13,221 bases of DNA, from assembly GCA_945859975.1 (NCBI GenBank), contig CAMAPH010000059.1, forward strand, positions 1 to 13,221. Reading direction: 5' to 3'. Source of the DNA: Chthonomonas calidirosea. Lineage in GTDB: Bacteria > Armatimonadota > Fimbriimonadia > Fimbriimonadales > Fimbriimonadaceae. Shown here piece after piece: positions 10,261-13,221 of this stretch; position 1 is the stretch's first letter; every line of letters begins with the position of its first letter. The notes beneath the pieces are model-generated. The model was not told the DNA's origin, did no database searches, and saw nothing but the letters and a program-made list of their open reading frames with translations. Both the position numbers and the translations under genes were made by a program.

Positions 10261-10441
10261 CTTCGGGGAACAAACCGCAGTCGGCGGAATCCACGACGGT
10301 AAGAAGTATTGGAATGCGTCTTACCGCGCGGCACGAACCCAACGTGTTCCCTAAGATCGGGCCGACGAAAAGTGTTCTTCGCGAAAGTCTGATCGGTCAA
10401 GCGTCGCGTTTCAGTCTCTGGAGCGAACGATAGTTGTCAAA

Positions 10442-11002
10442 TCACGGAGTCCGACCCCAAGGGCGTGCAATGACGTCCACGCTAAAGGCAGGCAACGCAC
10501 CGCCACCCACGCGATAGGTGGAATTTGGTTTGGCCTCCACCTGACCAAATTTGATCAAACCAGTCCGGCCCTGATCGTTTTCGTTCCAACCTGAGTAAAC
10601 AGTAGAACCAGCTGCTGCCTTCGCTTCGATCCAGTATTTACGACCACCGATGAGCCGGACTCCTCGGTCGTTGTTCGTAAAGGTCTTCACCCCGGCTGTC
10701 CTTAGGTCAACGGTAAATGTGGCCATCAAGGTGCCGATATCATTGCCGTTATCCTCGAAGAGGGAAATCGTAGCAAAATGCCTCTTTCCGTCACCGCTCT
10801 TTTGCATTTTCATCTTGATGAAGTTCAAGACTCCAGTTTTGCTCGCAGTGAATTGGGCGGCAATCCGCGTATCTTTAATGTCGCCGAAGCCCCATCCCTG
10901 GACTTTTGCGGATTCCCCTGCGCCGAATGTGTTGAATGCTAGATACGCTTGACTAGAGGCAACAACGAGGGACAGGCAAAGAAGAGAGGACAGTTTCTTC
11001 AT
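10442..11002 (-). CDS. Secreted beta-rich protein resembling the 'choice-of-anchor' passenger domain of PEP-CTERM proteins, with no anchor
   Basis: The likely start is the ATG at 11002 (MKKLSSLLCLSLVVASSQA, classic signal peptide), giving 186 aa. Motif series AAQFTAS..G.L, LFEDNGNDIG, L.GGRKYWI, GWNEND.G..G, LPAFSV. Confidence 0.7.
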   Translation of the reverse strand: MKKLSSLLCLSLVVASSQAYLAFNTFGAGESAKVQGWGFGDIKDTRIAAQFTASKTGVLNFIKMKMQKSGDGKRHFATISLFEDNGNDIGTLMATFTVDLRTAGVKTFTNNDRGVRLIGGRKYWIEAKAAAGSTVYSGWNENDQGRTGLIKFGQVEAKPNSTYRVGGGALPAFSVDVIARPWGRTP

Positions 11003-11177
11003 TTTGGTTCTTCCAATGGGGCGAAGATCTCTATAGCCAGATCGTTCCGAGACCATATGACTTAGACCGAAATTCAATTGTTCCGAACCGTTTTGGAAAA
11101 TATTGAACGCATCTACAATTTGTAAAAACTACCGGTACAAGACGGGCCAGGTTGGGGGTGCCGACTCAAGTCTCGGC

Positions 11178-11189
11178 TAACATATCGCC
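11178..11189 (+). promoter_or_regulatory. -10 element directly before the start codon (leaderless-type promoter)
   Basis: TAACAT (11178-11183), then 6 nt, then ATG at 11190. Confidence 0.65.
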
Positions 11190-12149
11190 ATGACCGGCGA
11201 GGCCGCTCCATCTGGATCGAACGCTAAGATCGTTCTCGCACTTTCCTCCGTCATCATCGCCCTCAGCTTCGCCTTCCCGCTCACCTTGGTGCCATCTTCA
11301 AAGTACGGTGCCATCTCCAATGAAGCCATGAACCTATACGCATGCACAGCGTGGGCTGGTTGGGCACATTTTGTGTTCGCATACGTGGGTCAGCTGCGCT
11401 CCATTGTGCCGATGCCAGGGATCTACCAAGCCAAGAAGCTTGGTCTGTTTGTGGGTTCTTTGGTGGTTTCGCTCGTGTTCCTTTTTGCCCTCTGGCTATG
11501 GGTTGGTCCGGAAGCGTTCGGCGCGCTCGTGTGGGTCTATTTCATTGATCATTTCCTGAAAGCGGAGCAGTTCTTTGCGTTGGGAAAAGTTGAGAAGGAG
11601 CCACTGATCGCGCGCTGGATTCGGTCGTATCAGCCCATCCTATGCTTCGGCTGGCTCAGCGTGGTCTTGCTGGATTTTGGCGATATTTCCGGCTTTCGTT
11701 GGATCATTTGGGGAGTCTCCGCGGCTATGGCTGCCATGGTCCTGCTGTTGGGTGGTTGGCAGGACCTTCGCGCTGGGGATAAACGCGGCACGCTCATCTC
11801 GCTTTTCTTTGTTGCCGAAGCCGCGGTTTGGGGCACCTTAAGCGGCTTCACCGTTCCCGAGTTTCTGGTCGGGGTGTACATTTTTCACGTTGCACTGGGC
11901 AGTTTTTATCACTACCTCGGGGCGTACTTTGCGGCGGTAGCGCGCAGGAAGCCAGGCGATCGGTGGCTGCTTCCAATCACGATTGTGCTGGTCAATCTCG
12001 GCATTGGTGCGCTTGGCTATTTCACGGTCAATCACTCGGCGCTGGCCGGATTGCAGGTGTTGCTGAATCCAGATTGGTTCACCCTGTGGGTCGGTCTGCA
12101 TCTGGTTGCAAGCGATGTGTTTCCCCTGGTGCGCAATGCGAAGGTTTAG
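11190..12149 (+). CDS. Polytopic inner-membrane protein of unknown function with several membrane-embedded His motifs
   Basis: 319 aa with roughly 9-10 hydrophobic segments. Motifs GWAHF, FIDHFLKAE, FHVALGSFYHY and VGLHL. Confidence 0.8.
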   Translation: MTGEAAPSGSNAKIVLALSSVIIALSFAFPLTLVPSSKYGAISNEAMNLYACTAWAGWAHFVFAYVGQLRSIVPMPGIYQAKKLGLFVGSLVVSLVFLFALWLWVGPEAFGALVWVYFIDHFLKAEQFFALGKVEKEPLIARWIRSYQPILCFGWLSVVLLDFGDISGFRWIIWGVSAAMAAMVLLLGGWQDLRAGDKRGTLISLFFVAEAAVWGTLSGFTVPEFLVGVYIFHVALGSFYHYLGAYFAAVARRKPGDRWLLPITIVLVNLGIGALGYFTVNHSALAGLQVLLNPDWFTLWVGLHLVASDVFPLVRNAKV

Positions 12150-12404
12150 GCAAGATGATTCAAGCTCTCGCGGCACTTCGAATGCGAGAAAACTGGTTGG
12201 CGCGGCCATGAGTTCTGGTCACGGAAGGAACCCGCGCCCGGCGTGGATTTCCTTCTGCGGCTGAATGATATGTTCTTAATTGGAGCGTTTGGCCTTTTCT
12301 CGTGTGCGTCCTAAAGTGAGGGCGGAAAAACGACCACTGCACGATGGTTTTTTACGCGGAACCAGCCAGTTGCTGACGTATCCTGATGATCGAACGGACT
12401 TTTC

Positions 12405-12971
12405 ATGACCCACCAAGCGCTGCTTAACTTTCTTTTTGTTTCTACTGTCCTGGGATGTGCCGCAGGGTTGACCCTTCAGGGGTTCGCGCTGACTCAAGCG
12501 TCAAAGAAAACTTCGCCGAAGCCGAATCCTGATTTTCTCATGGATAAGATGACCGGCAAATGGGTGATGCGGGGAACGATCGGTGGCGACAAGGTGACCC
12601 ACGACGTTACCGTCGACCGGATTCTGAATCGACAATATGTCCGAATCCATGAGATCGCACGCGAAAAGGATGCTAGCGGGCAGCCAGCCTACGAAGCTTG
12701 GATTCACATTGCCTGGGACAAAGCAAACGAGGAATTTGTGGTGATGTGGCTGGACAATACGGGCGTTACCAACTTCTCTGCCGACGGCGTCGGACACGGA
12801 AAGCCGAAGAGCGATCGGATTCCATTTATCTGGAAACTGGCCGACGGGAGTGGTATTCACAACACGTTTGCGTACGACAGCGCCAGCAATTCGTGGTCCT
12901 GGAAAATCGACAACTTAGAGAAGTCTGGGAAATCCTCGCCTTTTGGAAGGGTGACATTGAAGCGAAAGTAG
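12405..12971 (+). CDS. Secreted DUF1579-like beta-barrel protein
   Basis: 188 aa with a hydrophobic N-terminal segment. Pattern MTGKW..RILNRQYV..IAWDKANEEFVVMWLDNTG resembles DUF1579 (G.W .. L.G.F/Y .. D......W.D..G). Confidence 0.65.
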   Translation: MTHQALLNFLFVSTVLGCAAGLTLQGFALTQASKKTSPKPNPDFLMDKMTGKWVMRGTIGGDKVTHDVTVDRILNRQYVRIHEIAREKDASGQPAYEAWIHIAWDKANEEFVVMWLDNTGVTNFSADGVGHGKPKSDRIPFIWKLADGSGIHNTFAYDSASNSWSWKIDNLEKSGKSSPFGRVTLKRK

Positions 12972-12999
12972 ACGCTCGACCTACCTGCCTACGACAACG

Positions 13000-13221
13000 C
13001 TACTTCGACATCGCCTTTCTGAGCGCCTGCTCCGACTCTGCTGACCAGTACGAGCAATCTAGCTGAAAGAAAACCGAAGTGTACGGTTGGGTATGCGGCG
13101 TTTTGATCAGCAGGATGCGGAAGGACTTACCTGCTTCATCCAGCTTTGCAATGATTTTCTCGTGAAGCATCCGTTCGACTTTTTGTCCGACAAGCAGCTG
13201 GTTTAGGCTTTTCCGATAGCT
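13000..13221 (-). CDS. 3' end of a conserved protein, probably RbsD/FucU (sugar pyranase/mutarotase) fold; partial
   Basis: Not in the ORF track. Manual translation: SYRKSLNQLLVGQKVERMLHEKIIAKLDEAGKSFRILLIKTPHTQPYTSVFFQLDCSYWSAESEQALRKAMSK*. The H..I..IKT....PYTSVF segment parallels the RbsD C-terminal H..F..IRTGE.TPY.N motif. Confidence 0.65.
   Translation of the reverse strand, partial: SYRKSLNQLLVGQKVERMLHEKIIAKLDEAGKSFRILLIKTPHTQPYTSVFFQLDCSYWSAESEQALRKAMSK

Noticed and set aside
10261..10400. SRP RNA or hammerhead ribozyme in the intergenic hairpin
   Set aside because: Lacks the SRP helix-8 motif (CAGG..GNRA..AGCA) and a proper CUGANGA core. CTAAGA..CGAAA is only a superficial match.
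11003..11077. N-terminal extension of the 10442..11077 ORF (and likewise 5499..5540 for the PD40 gene)
   Set aside because: Downstream ATGs (11002 and 5498) give signal peptides at the very N-terminus, so the longer starts are probably ORF-caller artefacts.
9028..13221. Genomic island integrated at tRNA-Arg
   Set aside because: No integrase and no duplicated tRNA 3' end in the window. The GGGGCCGC match near 9737 is part of an Asp-box coding sequence. An att site beyond the window cannot be excluded.

Overview
GC-rich bacterial chromosomal window with no mobile element, CRISPR array or phage gene visible. From left to right: the 5' 766 codons of aconitase acnA (minus strand, runs off the left edge, missed by the ORF track); a divergent ~620-codon secreted hypothetical gene broken by one in-frame TGA; a TolB-like PD40 beta-propeller; a 1095-aa secreted PA14 / beta-propeller / ThuA / DUF1080 fusion with a terminator-like hairpin; tRNA-Arg(CCU); an Asp-box (BNR, sialidase-fold) protein; a small secreted protein resembling the passenger domain of PEP-CTERM proteins but with no anchor; a His-motif polytopic membrane protein; a DUF1579-like protein; and the 3' end of a probable RbsD/FucU-fold gene. 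The most notable points are the single in-frame TGA, the multidomain candidate 3-ketoglycoside enzyme, four genes with an identical leaderless TANNNT-N6-start layout, two highly self-complementary intergenic regions, and a purine at tRNA position 32. The gene style suggests Armatimonadota (Fimbriimonadaceae), but that is unverified inference. All family calls come from motif recognition by eye, not database searches. I see no clear evidence for a wholly new multi-gene system.
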